DNA of 63,432 nt, counting the filler, from Reticulomyxa filosa (lineage: Eukaryota > Protista > Foraminifera): the NCBI GenBank assembly GCA_000512085.1. It is 24 parts of 24 records of this genome, joined end to end, with 100 filler letters (N's around TTAATTAATTAA, not from the genome) between each part and the next. Parts side by side here need not be neighbours in the genome. Positions count along the whole stretch, not along the records: positions 52,081 to 53,228 come from ASPP01026958.1; positions 53,329 to 54,364 come from ASPP01050034.1; positions 54,465 to 56,277 come from ASPP01027702.1; positions 56,378 to 57,377 come from ASPP01043165.1; positions 57,478 to 58,559 come from ASPP01043058.1; positions 58,660 to 62,332 come from ASPP01010540.1; positions 62,433 to 63,432 come from ASPP01049985.1; 17 more parts are not named here. One strand, 5' to 3'. Within the stretch, counting starts at the first letter, position 1. Each line of letters opens with the position of its first letter. The translations under genes were made by a program, and so were the position numbers. Shown one piece after another: positions 52,502-63,432 of the stretch. The notes beneath the pieces are model-generated. The model did not search any database, was not told the DNA's origin, and saw only the letters and a program-made list of their open reading frames with translations.

Positions 52502-55500
52502 TTTTATTTGTGCCATGTTTTGCAATGGTCATTCCGTTTAATAAAAACAGTTTGATGTAATTCTATTTGAAATAATAAGCATTTAATTAAAATTTTTACA
52601 AGATAAAATGTTTAGATATTTTGATGTTTTTTCGTTTATAAAAAGTGATACTTTTTTCTTTACAATCACAAAATGCTTTGCGCTTAAATTTGCAAAAAGA
52701 TGTTGAGAAAAAAAATTTCGAAAGACTAAAATCAAAATGATATTTAAAAACTACACGATTTGTATATATTTTTAAAAAATAAAAAAAATTTTGATTTGAT
52801 GTTGTTTTTTCATGGAGAAAATCGATTCTCTTCATATAGTGCCATTTAGGTATGTCAGTTTTTTGCAATCTGCTGTACTCTAAACTAGTAACAACATTTT
52901 TATCATCTTTTTTTTCTGGAGTAAACTTTTGTTAGAAAAGGACAAAATTGGAGTGAAAACAGTGCTATCCACTTGCAAAAAATTTTTAGATTAGATACTA
53001 GTTCATTCTTCTGTGTTTGGCTTGAAAGACTTGGAAAAAAAGAAATTTCTATTTTGTGATTTTTTAAATATCAATTTACTTTTCTCTCATGTTAGCAATA
53101 GACAGAATGACACACTACATAATTTTATAAACCAATAATATTTGAATATGCATAATCTATAAAAAAATCCTTATGCGAAGTCATTTTATTTTTTACAAAA
53201 TACAATAAAATAATTTACAATAAATACANNNNNNNNNNNNNNNNNNNNNNNNNNNNNNNNNNNNNNNNNNNNTTAATTAATTAANNNNNNNNNNNNNNNN
53301 NNNNNNNNNNNNNNNNNNNNNNNNNNNNTTGAAGCATTTCAATTCAAAAATGTAAATTTGTGCTTGCCACTCAAAAATGACATTAAACTATGTTATAGTC
53401 TGTCGTGTTTGCAAGTTCAATTTGTCATTATTGATTGGTCAAATAAATCAATAATACAAGTCAATGAATGGATAATATAAATTGACAATCAATAGCACTG
53501 TCCGTATGCTAGCAACTCGTTCGATATTCGCATTCAAGATCTTGTATGCCTTCGTATAGCATTAAGCTTTGTTTTAAACAACGTTCATTTATAGCATTTC
53601 TCCTTTACAATTATTTGCGACATTTGTTCTTCCCAAATGTCGCGTGTACATGCGCAGCCCCAAGTTTGGCACGCAAGTATTTCAAGCTTGAATGAGTAAG
53701 TTAACGTGGTCGACTATGACTCTGCCAATAGTAGTTCAGCACTGACCTTGTTTTATTATAAAGACTATGCAATTCTCCATTCAGAAATACTGTCAAGTTT
53801 TATGGACAGACTCGATTATATCACGATCAAGTCTTCCACCAACTTTGGTATGTGGTAAATATACGTGTGAGTATAAAAACCACTTTGTAATTTGTTTACA
53901 AAATAAATAAAATTGTATGTATCACGTTATAAATGAAATGGAAAAAAAAGGCTATCGACGTGGCGCAATTTAACAACATATTCGAAAACAACAAAGGTAA
54001 GTAGTCGCAAGTATATATCATGTCGTTTGTCAAATTTTTGTAACTCCGCGTTGACGAAGCATGTGTGGTTGATATCTCCACTTTGCAAACATCGTTCGAT
54101 GCAAATTACAATAGCAACCAGTTGCCACCTGATTTGAAACTCGCGCCGCACAACATTAGCGGTATGTTCCAGACAGATGTGAACGTCAAGCAAGACAAAT
54201 ACTCGGCAATCATTAAGTTAATATCAGAATAAATTTTTTCAATGATCGAGTGAATGCTCGAGCATTTGTAAAACAGATACTTTTACAGCAAAATACAAGA
54301 GTTTGTCTGTAGCAGCATCGCATGCAATCACTACCACTATTAATACTAGTAGTAGTACTGCAAGNNNNNNNNNNNNNNNNNNNNNNNNNNNNNNNNNNNN
54401 NNNNNNNNTTAATTAATTAANNNNNNNNNNNNNNNNNNNNNNNNNNNNNNNNNNNNNNNNNNNNCGACCGTCCTGATCGCCTTCACAAGCCTTTTTATCA
54501 GCGAGTTGATTTCGGTTTTGCTCAAGGTTCAGTAGAAGTTACCCGACCTCGGAGTTCTGCCAAAACAAAAGACTGGTATTTACATCGAGATTGCTAATTT
54601 CCCTAGCGTTGAACACCCTTAAGTCTAAGCTAGGATCGATACAATCTCACACAAGCTGCCCGTTGCCAGTAGAGGAGCTACTATATCAATTACCAGGAGT
54701 TTGCAGCTCGGTACACTTAAAGCAACTTAGAATAAGATAATATGTAGAATTTAAAAATCACTTCCATCTCACAGTCACACACTACGCAAAGATGCAGAAT
54801 AGACGACTATACACTACAATCACAATATCACAAAATCCAACTAATTGAGTATGTGTTTTTATTTTTTTTGCATCTACAAGGTCTATTCTCAAAAATTTCA
54901 ACAATAGAGATGGAGTCAGAAGTGCACGTCCTTGTACAGGAGTTATTACTAATGTGGGAGAAAAATTGTCTCCTGGTTTTCCTATTTTGTTGCCAAATGT
55001 TTTCATATGTGGTACTTTTAGTTTATTTGAGTTTGGTGTATTACCATTTATGCTTTCATCATCACTATCTACATGTCTTCTTCTTTTATTTGGTTTTCTT
55101 TGTATATATAGTGATATCACGTTGTTTTGTTTGGATAATGTGCTATTTTGTACGTTTGCTGGTATTATTTTTATGTTGTATTTTCGAATCTGTTTTTCCT
55201 GTGTTTTGCAATAAGGTAGACATATTCCCTATTGTGGTTTTGCTTCTTATTTAAATACAATTTTAGATTTTCCTTTTTCTTTAAATTATTTTTCATTGGT
55301 CGACCAATGACCGATATTTGCTAAAGCGCACGAGCTTGTTTTTTGCAGCTGCGTTAAATACTGATGTTTCAGAAAAACCTTCAATCTTTTAAGAATTCAA
55401 CTAATTGGGCTTACAATTATTAGATATTCACAGAACACTGCCACTTTTTGTCACTTTAGTGTCGTTGATATAGAATAATTTTTTTTTTTTAAGTTATTAT

Positions 55501-56435
55501 AAAACTACAAAATTTTTAAAAATTAAAATTAAATGTTTATTTTTCATGGAGAAAATTGATTCTTTTCATAAGAATGCTACTTAGGTATTGCAGTTTTTCT
55601 GCAATATGCTCCTTTTAATCCACAATATAACTTCATTTCCCTTTCATGGACGTGAAGTATCATAATAGTTTGCCATAAATAAAAATCCAAATAAGACCAT
55701 ATGTAATGTCTAAATTATATTTAATCATAACTGAATTGAACATTACATGATTTACCACAATACAATAAAATTGCACAAACATGCAATAATTGAAGCGATT
55801 ATCCATTTGTTTGTGAATATTACCATGATACAATATCTTCATTTCATTTATTTGAATTTTCGCAGTAATGCATATAAATCAAACATGTATTACTAAGATT
55901 AAATCTTTAAATTTTTTTATTTCTTTTTTGGCAATCTTCAAGTTATGTAAATATTTTTTTAAAATAATTAGCATTTTATTGTTTGTAGTTTTAAAAAAAT
56001 TCCAATTAAAAATTGAGTTTTTGAAATTTTTTGGTGAAATTTAAATTTTAGTTTAAAATTTTATTTGATGTAAGTTTTTAAAAATTTTTATTTATGTTTT
56101 TGAGTTTTGTGAGTGAATTGATATTCTGGAGTCAACTGTTATTTTTGTACCTAATTTCATCATTAAACTTGCAGGCATGCCTAACACCTTTTGAACCAAA
56201 GAAAATCCAAATTGTGATATTGCTTTTATTACACCTAGTGTAGAGAACCTGGAGCGGCAAAACACGTTTTAAGAAAGNNNNNNNNNNNNNNNNNNNNNNN
56301 NNNNNNNNNNNNNNNNNNNNNTTAATTAATTAANNNNNNNNNNNNNNNNNNNNNNNNNNNNNNNNNNNNNNNNNNNNTTTTTTTTTTTTTTTTTTTTAAA
56401 TAAAAAATAAAAATAAAAATGGTACGACACTTAAC

Positions 56436-57311
56436 CTATACATTCGGGTCAACATCCACTTTGCATATTCGAAACTATCTTGTGTGTACTTGGACGCCTT
56501 GGTGACAGTGAGACAGTACTGTGCCATCAAATCCCAATTGCCGAATAAATAATAAAAAGATATCAAATCGCACAACAAATCCAAGTCCGTCGGACACACT
56601 TCCAATGCCCGCTTGTAATACACCGCTGCGTTGCTGTATTGGTTTCCTAACGCACATACCAATGCACCTGCTCGTAATGCCTATCCACAAAAATAAATAC
56701 ACTAATATACATATATACATATATGCATATATATATACATATATACTTATATGTATATACCAAATATATTTTTTGTACACAATTTTTTTTTTTCATTAAA
56801 AAAAAAAATAATAATAATAATAAAATCACAACTCAACTGTCACGTTATATGCATTCAATTGTAACGCCTTTTGACAGATGTCTGCCATGGTTTGCCATTT
56901 GTCTTCTTTGGCATACGCAAGTGAGAGCTGTCCCATCAAATCCACCTTTTCGTTTTTCAATTCATCGTCCGACGGAATATGCTCCAATGCCAATTTCATG
57001 TGGTGGATCACTTCTTCCACTGCAAAGATTTTGTCTAAAATCATCGCCATCAAATAGTGGCACTTCCAATTGTTTGGATGCTTTTCCAAAATTTCTCGCA
57101 ATCGTTGCACCGATTTTGTATAATGACCTTGTCTTACATTCTCTTCAATTCCTGAGATTTCACTTGCTAAGTTTTCGTCGTTGCCACGACCGTTATTAAG
57201 CGAGGATGAACGCGACCCTCCAGCATCATTACTCACATGTGCATCGTCCGAACCTGCATCACGAACGTTGGCTCCAACCGGAGGCTTTTTAAATCGGCTG
57301 AAGAAGTTCAT
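56436..57311 (-). CDS. TPR-containing protein, partial, two exons
   Basis: Helical TPR-like units (LEKHPNNWKCHYLMA..MKLALEHIP; CQKALQLN; AAVYYKRALEVCPTD); intron ~56837-56681. Confidence 0.7.
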
Positions 57312-57519
57312 CTTTCTTCTTTCACTCCATCCCCTGTTTTTCAGAACAAAACCTTTTGCCACTCCTTAGATTGTGCANNNNNNNNNNNNNNNNNNNNNNN
57401 NNNNNNNNNNNNNNNNNNNNNTTAATTAATTAANNNNNNNNNNNNNNNNNNNNNNNNNNNNNNNNNNNNNNNNNNNNATAGTCAGTATGTGACTTTCAAT
57501 GCTAAACTATTGATATCAA

Positions 57520-57800
57520 ACAGTGACTTTTACTCGTACCACGTAGTGAAGGAGGAATATAATAAAAAATAGTAGAATATCCGTAGAATATGAAATTGCA
57601 AGGGCATAGTGTAATTAAATGTGATTTGGAAACTGAAAAAAGCGAAGACAAAAATATAATAACATTACTTTCCTTTGGTGGGAGTCCGTATCACGGACGC
57701 TACACCCTGATGATGAGAAGTATCAAAGTGTATGGAGTAATGAGTCAAGCAAAAAGGTCGAAAACGGATTGTTACCATTGGCAAATGAGGAGATAATCGA
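57520..57800 (+). pseudogene. Kelch-like beta-propeller family relic
   Basis: FYSYHVVKEEY..EYP*NMKLQGHSVIK..ITLLSFGG..YTLMM/KYQSVWS with stops and frameshifts. The family signature is recalled, not searched. Confidence 0.6.
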
Positions 57801-58712
57801 CCTACAATGAGCATGTGTCTTCTCTTTTTCCCGTGTGCTCTTTGGATTACAAAAGGCTACAGTTTGAGGTGGTCACGATCATGCAAGATTTAGAATCATG
57901 TGTTGTGCAAGACACACCTAACAGAATTGATCATGTTGCACCATCTTGGCGGCTATATAAGTGGTTCCTGTTTCTATTTCCTTTGGAAATTATTTTTGTG
58001 TAATCCAAACGCCGCCGTATTTGACCAACAAAAAAAAAAGTTTAATTTTTGAGATTTCTTGCATCAAGGAGGGCAACCTTCAAAATTAAATTTTAACTTG
58101 TGTAAGTAAGTTTTTTAAAAATGGGATAAATTTAATATTTCGATATTTTTTTAACAGTTTGTGGAAAGATCAGCCATTGAAATTATAAAAAGTTGTTGTT
58201 GACACAGATGGATAGTTTTTATTAGCAAAAAACTCAAATAGCTCAATGAAACAAACAGGTGCAGAGTGTTTAAGTCAAAAAAAAAACTTGATTATCACAT
58301 TAAAAACTCAAAAATATTCAATTTCAAAAAATTTTTTTTGCGAAAAATCTAAAGAGATTAGAAACATATCAGATGAGCTGGAGAATTGGAAAATCAAATT
58401 ATCACAAGAAACAGCAATCCACACAAAAAAAACAAACATTTTTTGAATAAAAAATTTTGTTAAATATAAAATACATTGCAATCGAATGATGTCACCAATT
58501 TTGGAGTTACTTGAGCTTCACTTTGCTCTTGCTTGCTGGCACTACAACCACTTTGGAGANNNNNNNNNNNNNNNNNNNNNNNNNNNNNNNNNNNNNNNNN
58601 NNNTTAATTAATTAANNNNNNNNNNNNNNNNNNNNNNNNNNNNNNNNNNNNNNNNNNNNATATATATATATGTATATATATGTATATATCCTTTTAAAAA
58701 CTAAGTGCTATA

Positions 58713-59516
58713 GGTGACTTGGCATCACAAGACGACAAAGAGATAATGGATATAATGACGAAACATAAGTGTGTGCAGACGTTGCTGATGGGCCTACGAC
58801 AATGGAGTGGCAACGACAGAGACAGCATCCCTCGGAAAAGACGAGACGATGACGACATGGACGACACGACTAACGACGATCGACATAACGATGCCATGAC
58901 CATCATCACGGAGGCGATCATATTTGCAATAGGCAACTGCTGTGTGGACTCGCCCCACACTGCCGGCCAAGTGCTGGCAAGCGGTGGACTCGATTACATC
59001 TTGCACTTTATCAAGACGATGCAGCGCAGTATTGCCACATCGAACAAGGACAATGACGACATGAAGACAACTGAATGTAATGACAATGGTAGTGACAAGG
59101 AACAAGTGCATTGGCATGCTTGGCTTCAAACGGGTATTTGGTGCGTTCACAACTTGGTGAGACACTTGTGCGACTCGTGCATGCACACCAACGTGCAGGC
59201 GTTGTTGGGGTCACTACAGTACGACTGTTGCTGTCACGAGCTTGACAAGGCCGCTCCTGTCGTCATCGATATGTTTGTGTATTATACAAATATTTGTCTT
59301 TGTCAAAGCCAACATACAAATTTAACAAATTCAACAAATGCAAATGCAAATGCAAATGCAAGTGAAGTGATGAAACGACATGTAGAAATTGTAAGTGAAT
59401 TGGCTTGGGTATTGGTTTGGATGTCGGAATTGTTCATGTCGATAATGTCTGGGAAATGTGTTAGTCAATTGAATTTTGTGCAATGTTTTGCAAATAGCAA
59501 TAATAATGACAATGAC

Positions 59517-59568
<52 letters not shown>

Positions 59569-60481
59569 GTATATTAGACTTGTTATTGCAATGGCTGGAA
59601 AGTAATGAGAACAGAGTGGACTCAATACTCAAATGCACGATGATTCGTGTAATTGGCAATGTGATGCTGCGTGCACACAAGCACAAGTTTGTGATGGAGT
59701 GGATAGAGCGACGTAACTGGATTGGCCAAATTGCGACAAACGATTGGCTGAGACACTCGAGCGAGCCATTTCAGGTGGAAGTGGCTTGGATCCTTTCCAC
59801 CATTTGCACCCACGTGACCAAAGTCAATGGCAAAAAGGTCGTCTTGGCCTCCGTCGTGTTGAAGCATCAATCCTTAGTTCAACAACTCGTACACTTTGCC
59901 AAATGCGCATCTTCCTTCAAACTCCGTCGGGAGTGTCTCACTTGTCTTGTTCACGCTTCTTTTCATGTCCCCTTTTCTCAATTGCTTCTTTTCCTCACTT
60001 CGTCTTCTTCTTCTTCTTCTTCTTCTTCTTCTTCTTCTTCGTTGCCTCTTCTTGCTCTTCTGTGCACTTTTTTAAATGACTTGCCGTCTCATCCCTTCCA
60101 TCATCTTGACATTGCTTTGGTCTCTTTTTCTCTTTCTTTTTTTTTTTTTTATTAAAAAAGAGTGCTTTAATCAAATTAAATAAACTAATAATAATAATAA
60201 TAATAATATAACAATAATAATAATAATAGGTAATTGAAACGCTAGACTTCATTTTTGCTCAATTGAAGCGACACAAAAAATACAAAACGCTTCGCCAATG
60301 CATGTTGTTCATGGAGGAACAGGGAGTCGAGGACGCCTTGTCACAGCTGGAATTTCACGACAAAATCGACGAACACAGCTGTGATGACATTCGTCTGTTC
60401 CGAACGAAATGGTTGTTGGACGGTGAAAATGACTCTTCTTTTCTTAACTCCAATTCTACCGCTGATTCGATTTTTTTTTAA
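58713..60481 (+). CDS. Armadillo-repeat protein (importin-alpha/TMCO6-like), 5' truncated
   Basis: ARM H3 motifs AIIFAIGNCCVDS, GIWCVHNLVR, SELAWVLVWM, IRVIGNV, VEVAWILSTI, RRECLTCL; terminal exon EEQGVEDALSQLEFH; intron ~60120-60229. Confidence 0.75.
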
Positions 60482-60840
60482 TTTACTCTTTTTTTTTCAA
60501 CTTTGACCTCTTTACTTGGAATGCTATATGCATTGGTTTTTATTTAATTCAAACACAAAACGAGAACATTCATTGGTTTTTTTTTTTTTTTTTTTGGTCT
60601 TGATGCTTGGTTGACGATAAACCGTTGTAATAACAACTGTCCGTTTTAATAAGTTACAAAAGAGTGCATTCTGGTTAAAAAGGTCAAAAAAAATCACAAA
60701 TGGCTAACAAAAAATCCAAATTGCAAAAAATTAGTCATTAATTCCAATAATAATAAAAAAAAAAAAGTTCTTTTAATTGTTACATTTTTGATTAACATTT
60801 AGAATATTTTCAGCAGTTTTAAAAACGTTTAACAACAGAG

Positions 60841-62253
60841 ATGATTAACACAACTTCGAAGATTCAGCAACAACAAAAAAAAAACTCTTTGGTGGAGCGG
60901 CCAGCATCCTCCATTGGTAAAATGGACGCACAGAATACATCAAAAAATGCAGTCTCCACATTTGTACTGCCTCTGCGCTCACCGTCGCTGACAGGTCTAT
61001 CGGACCGGTCCAATCGGAATGTGGAAGAGCAAAAAACGGCAATCCTCACACATAACCCATATTTATATAAAGACGCATTGAAAGTGATGTCCAGCGGTTG
61101 CAAAATGGTTTGGCTATGTGGTGATGCATTTGTTTTAAAAGCAGCATTTTTGTTTTGTCAAAAAACAAAAAACTCAGATCAATCTCAATAAACAAACCAA
61201 CACACAAAAGTGTTGACAAATTTGGATTTGTGTGTGCAAATGTGAATGAAGTGGCAAGTGTCGACATCGCGATGGGTGCGATCTCAAGAGCGAATTTTTC
61301 ATATCTCAGAAGACAACACCACACTGCTATGGTTCGCAACCAAAAAAAAAATCTTTTTTTTTAAAAAAACTTAACTAAAAAAAAATGTAAAAAGAAAGGG
61401 GAGAAGAAAAGTTTTGGGTATTTTTTTTTTTAATGTATGTGAGCATGTTTAATGTTCAAACCAATCAAAATCATTTTGAACCAAAACTTTACCAAGTGTA
61501 ATACGATAAGAGAACAAACCAATCAATCAACCAATCAAAAAAAAAAAGGTTGGATGAGGACGACAGCTCCACGAAAAACGAGAACAACAATGGGAAGATG
61601 AACCAAATCCAGTTGTCCGATCTGATCCGCGTTGACCACCACAACAAAGAATTGTACCGAAATCTGTCGAAATATCTGCCGCGCGAGTATCGACACCGAC
61701 CAGAGGTGATCGCACAGCTGTTCAGCCTCTACTATCGCAACCGTCCGGAAAACTACGGCTACAAACACACGCGACGCGGCCGAGTGAAGATCCACTCCGC
61801 CAAGCCCAGCAAAATCGCCCTGCTTTTCAACCGCAGCAAAAAGGGAAGAGGCAAAGGAGGGGAAGGAAGCAGCTTTCAAGATTCGGAAAACACAACCATC
61901 ATTTATTCGTCCAGAGACAAACGCTTCAAACGTAGTAGCCATACTAATATCAATAACAATAATAATAACAACGGTAATAATAACAATAACAATGGTAATA
62001 ATAACAATAACAATGGTAATAATAACAATAATAATAACAATAATAATAATAATAATGACACGCTTATGCCCAATGGACAGCGTCAAACAACAACAGTGGA
62101 AGTGACAATAATCCTCATGAAAGTCTGCTGTCGGATGACCACCTCCTCAAAGACTTGAACGCCCATCCCAATGTGTTGCATATCTTGGCCTTGGACAGCA
62201 ACACTGCTCATCTGTGGATTTATGGACTTAAGCAGTTGGCCGAATTAATTGAG
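60841..62253 (+). CDS. PH-domain protein (PLC-type PH) with Asn-rich insertion, 3' truncated
   Basis: ALKVMSSGCKM, IQLSDLIRV, LFSLYY and LHILALDSNTAHLWIYGLKQLAE are the PH first helix/strand and C-terminal W-helix; frameshift at ~62085. Confidence 0.6.
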
Positions 62254-62284
62254 TTTCGTTCTCTGTACTGTTGTGCTATATTCT

Positions 62285-62332
62285 ATATTGTATTGTATTG
62301 TATTGTATTGCATTGTATTGTATTGTGTTGTG
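62285..62332 (+). repeat. (TATTG)n intronic microsatellite
   Basis: Directly visible pentamer tandem at the contig end. Confidence 0.9.
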
Positions 62333-62432
62333 NNNNNNNNNNNNNNNNNNNNNNNNNNNNNNNNNNNNNNNNNNNNTTAATTAATTAANNNNNNNNNNNN
62401 NNNNNNNNNNNNNNNNNNNNNNNNNNNNNNNN

Positions 62433-63432
62433 GTTGAGGAGATGATGAGCAATAAAGAGCAAGGATTGATTATTGTGGCGAAAAACAGTGAGCAGCAAGA
62501 AAATAATAATAATTTGAGTAATAGCAATAATGGTATCCCTTTGCCGGTTTCATTGATAGATAAAAAAGTAGAAAAAATTCAGTTTGAGAAATATTGGCTG
62601 TGTGTAATCAAAGATGAATGTATTGTATTAAATGGAATATGTATCGATGGAAATATATATGTTGATTAACTGTAAAATTCAATGCAAAGAGGATGTGAAG
62701 ATTACAACGCAGATTTTTATGACAAGAGATTCGATCATTGATTGGCCATTGAATCAATGTGTTTCATCAATTCAATGGAACACCAAAGTGCATTATGATA
62801 TTCCATTTCAACTCCAAGGTCTCCAAGACAAGGCAAACAATTGCTTGGAAAAGGGATTGTTCACGGATGCAGTTCTCCATGCACAAATGGCAGTGCAAAT
62901 TTCGACTGACACTTTTGGATATGACCATCTTTATGTGGCCGTCTCACACAACAAGCTAGGACTTTCGTATAGCAAGAAAAGGGAATGTGATAAAGCCATC
63001 AAATGCTATGAAAAGGCTTTGAAAATCAATATCCACATTCTGGGAGCTAATCATGCTTGGGTTGGCTCCATTTATAATAATTTGGGAAGTGCTTATAACA
63101 CTAAAGGACAACACGATGTAGCTATCACATATCATGAACAGTCATTGCAAATCAGAATACACATTTTTGGAATCCATCATGTGGATGTGGCCGCCTCTTA
63201 TCACAATCTGGGCACTGCATACAGTAGGAAAGGCGTGTATGATAAGGCAATTGAATACTATGAACAATCACTGCAGATGAAAAAACAACTATTTAAAGGT
63301 ACAAACAGATCCGTTGGTGACGTTAATTGAAACTTAGGAATGACATTTGAAAAATAAGGAGAAAAACAAACAGCATGCAAATATTACGAAGAAGCATGGA
63401 AAATATACAATGTTGTTGTGGGCCAATTCCAT
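62433..63432 (+). pseudogene. 42-aa TPR-repeat (kinesin-light-chain type) protein C-terminal part with frameshift and two stops
   Basis: Four 42-aa units (H..VA.S.NNLG.AY..KG..DKAI.YYE.SL.I...IFG); frameshift at ~62663; TGA at 63328 and TAA at 63355 interrupt an otherwise intact fourth unit. Confidence 0.8.

Noticed and set aside
54474-54505. U2 snRNA-like start (atcgccttc..gccttttt..atcag)
   Set aside because: Lacks the invariant branch-point pairing sequence GTGTAGTA and an Sm site.

Overview
AT-rich, intron-rich eukaryotic draft DNA. It is 24 short contigs joined by 23 artificial 100-bp spacers (N44-TTAATTAATTAA-N44, stops in all six frames), so adjacency across spacers has no biological meaning. 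The gene families and intron style best fit the foraminiferan Reticulomyxa filosa (inferred from recalled family signatures, not searched). Recognisable genes, mostly split by introns and single-base homopolymer frameshifts: a VHS-domain protein, a PDP-like PP2C phosphatase, a GEX1/KAR5/Brambleberry karyogamy protein, a large RGG-containing protein, uridine phosphorylase, a pseudo-receiver/C2H2/degenerate-Nudix protein, an F-box protein, a PB1-like/caspase-like protein, casein kinase 1, an FtsX-like permease, XRCC4, an EXS (PHO1/XPR1) fragment, and TPR, WD40, ARM and PH proteins. Decayed copies include MCM6, Mo25-like, Kelch-like, WD40 and TPR relics. Three observations stand out. (1) Many introns replace the polypyrimidine tract with poly(A) and are built from nested complementary homopolymers or microsatellites, suggesting structure-guided splicing. 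(2) Two contigs share a linker motif that implies a PB1-like/pseudo-caspase/42-aa-TPR receptor-like family. (3) A nuclear-fusion (sex) gene and XRCC4 are present but invisible in the ORF track. No tRNA, rRNA, CRISPR array or intact transposase was recognised.
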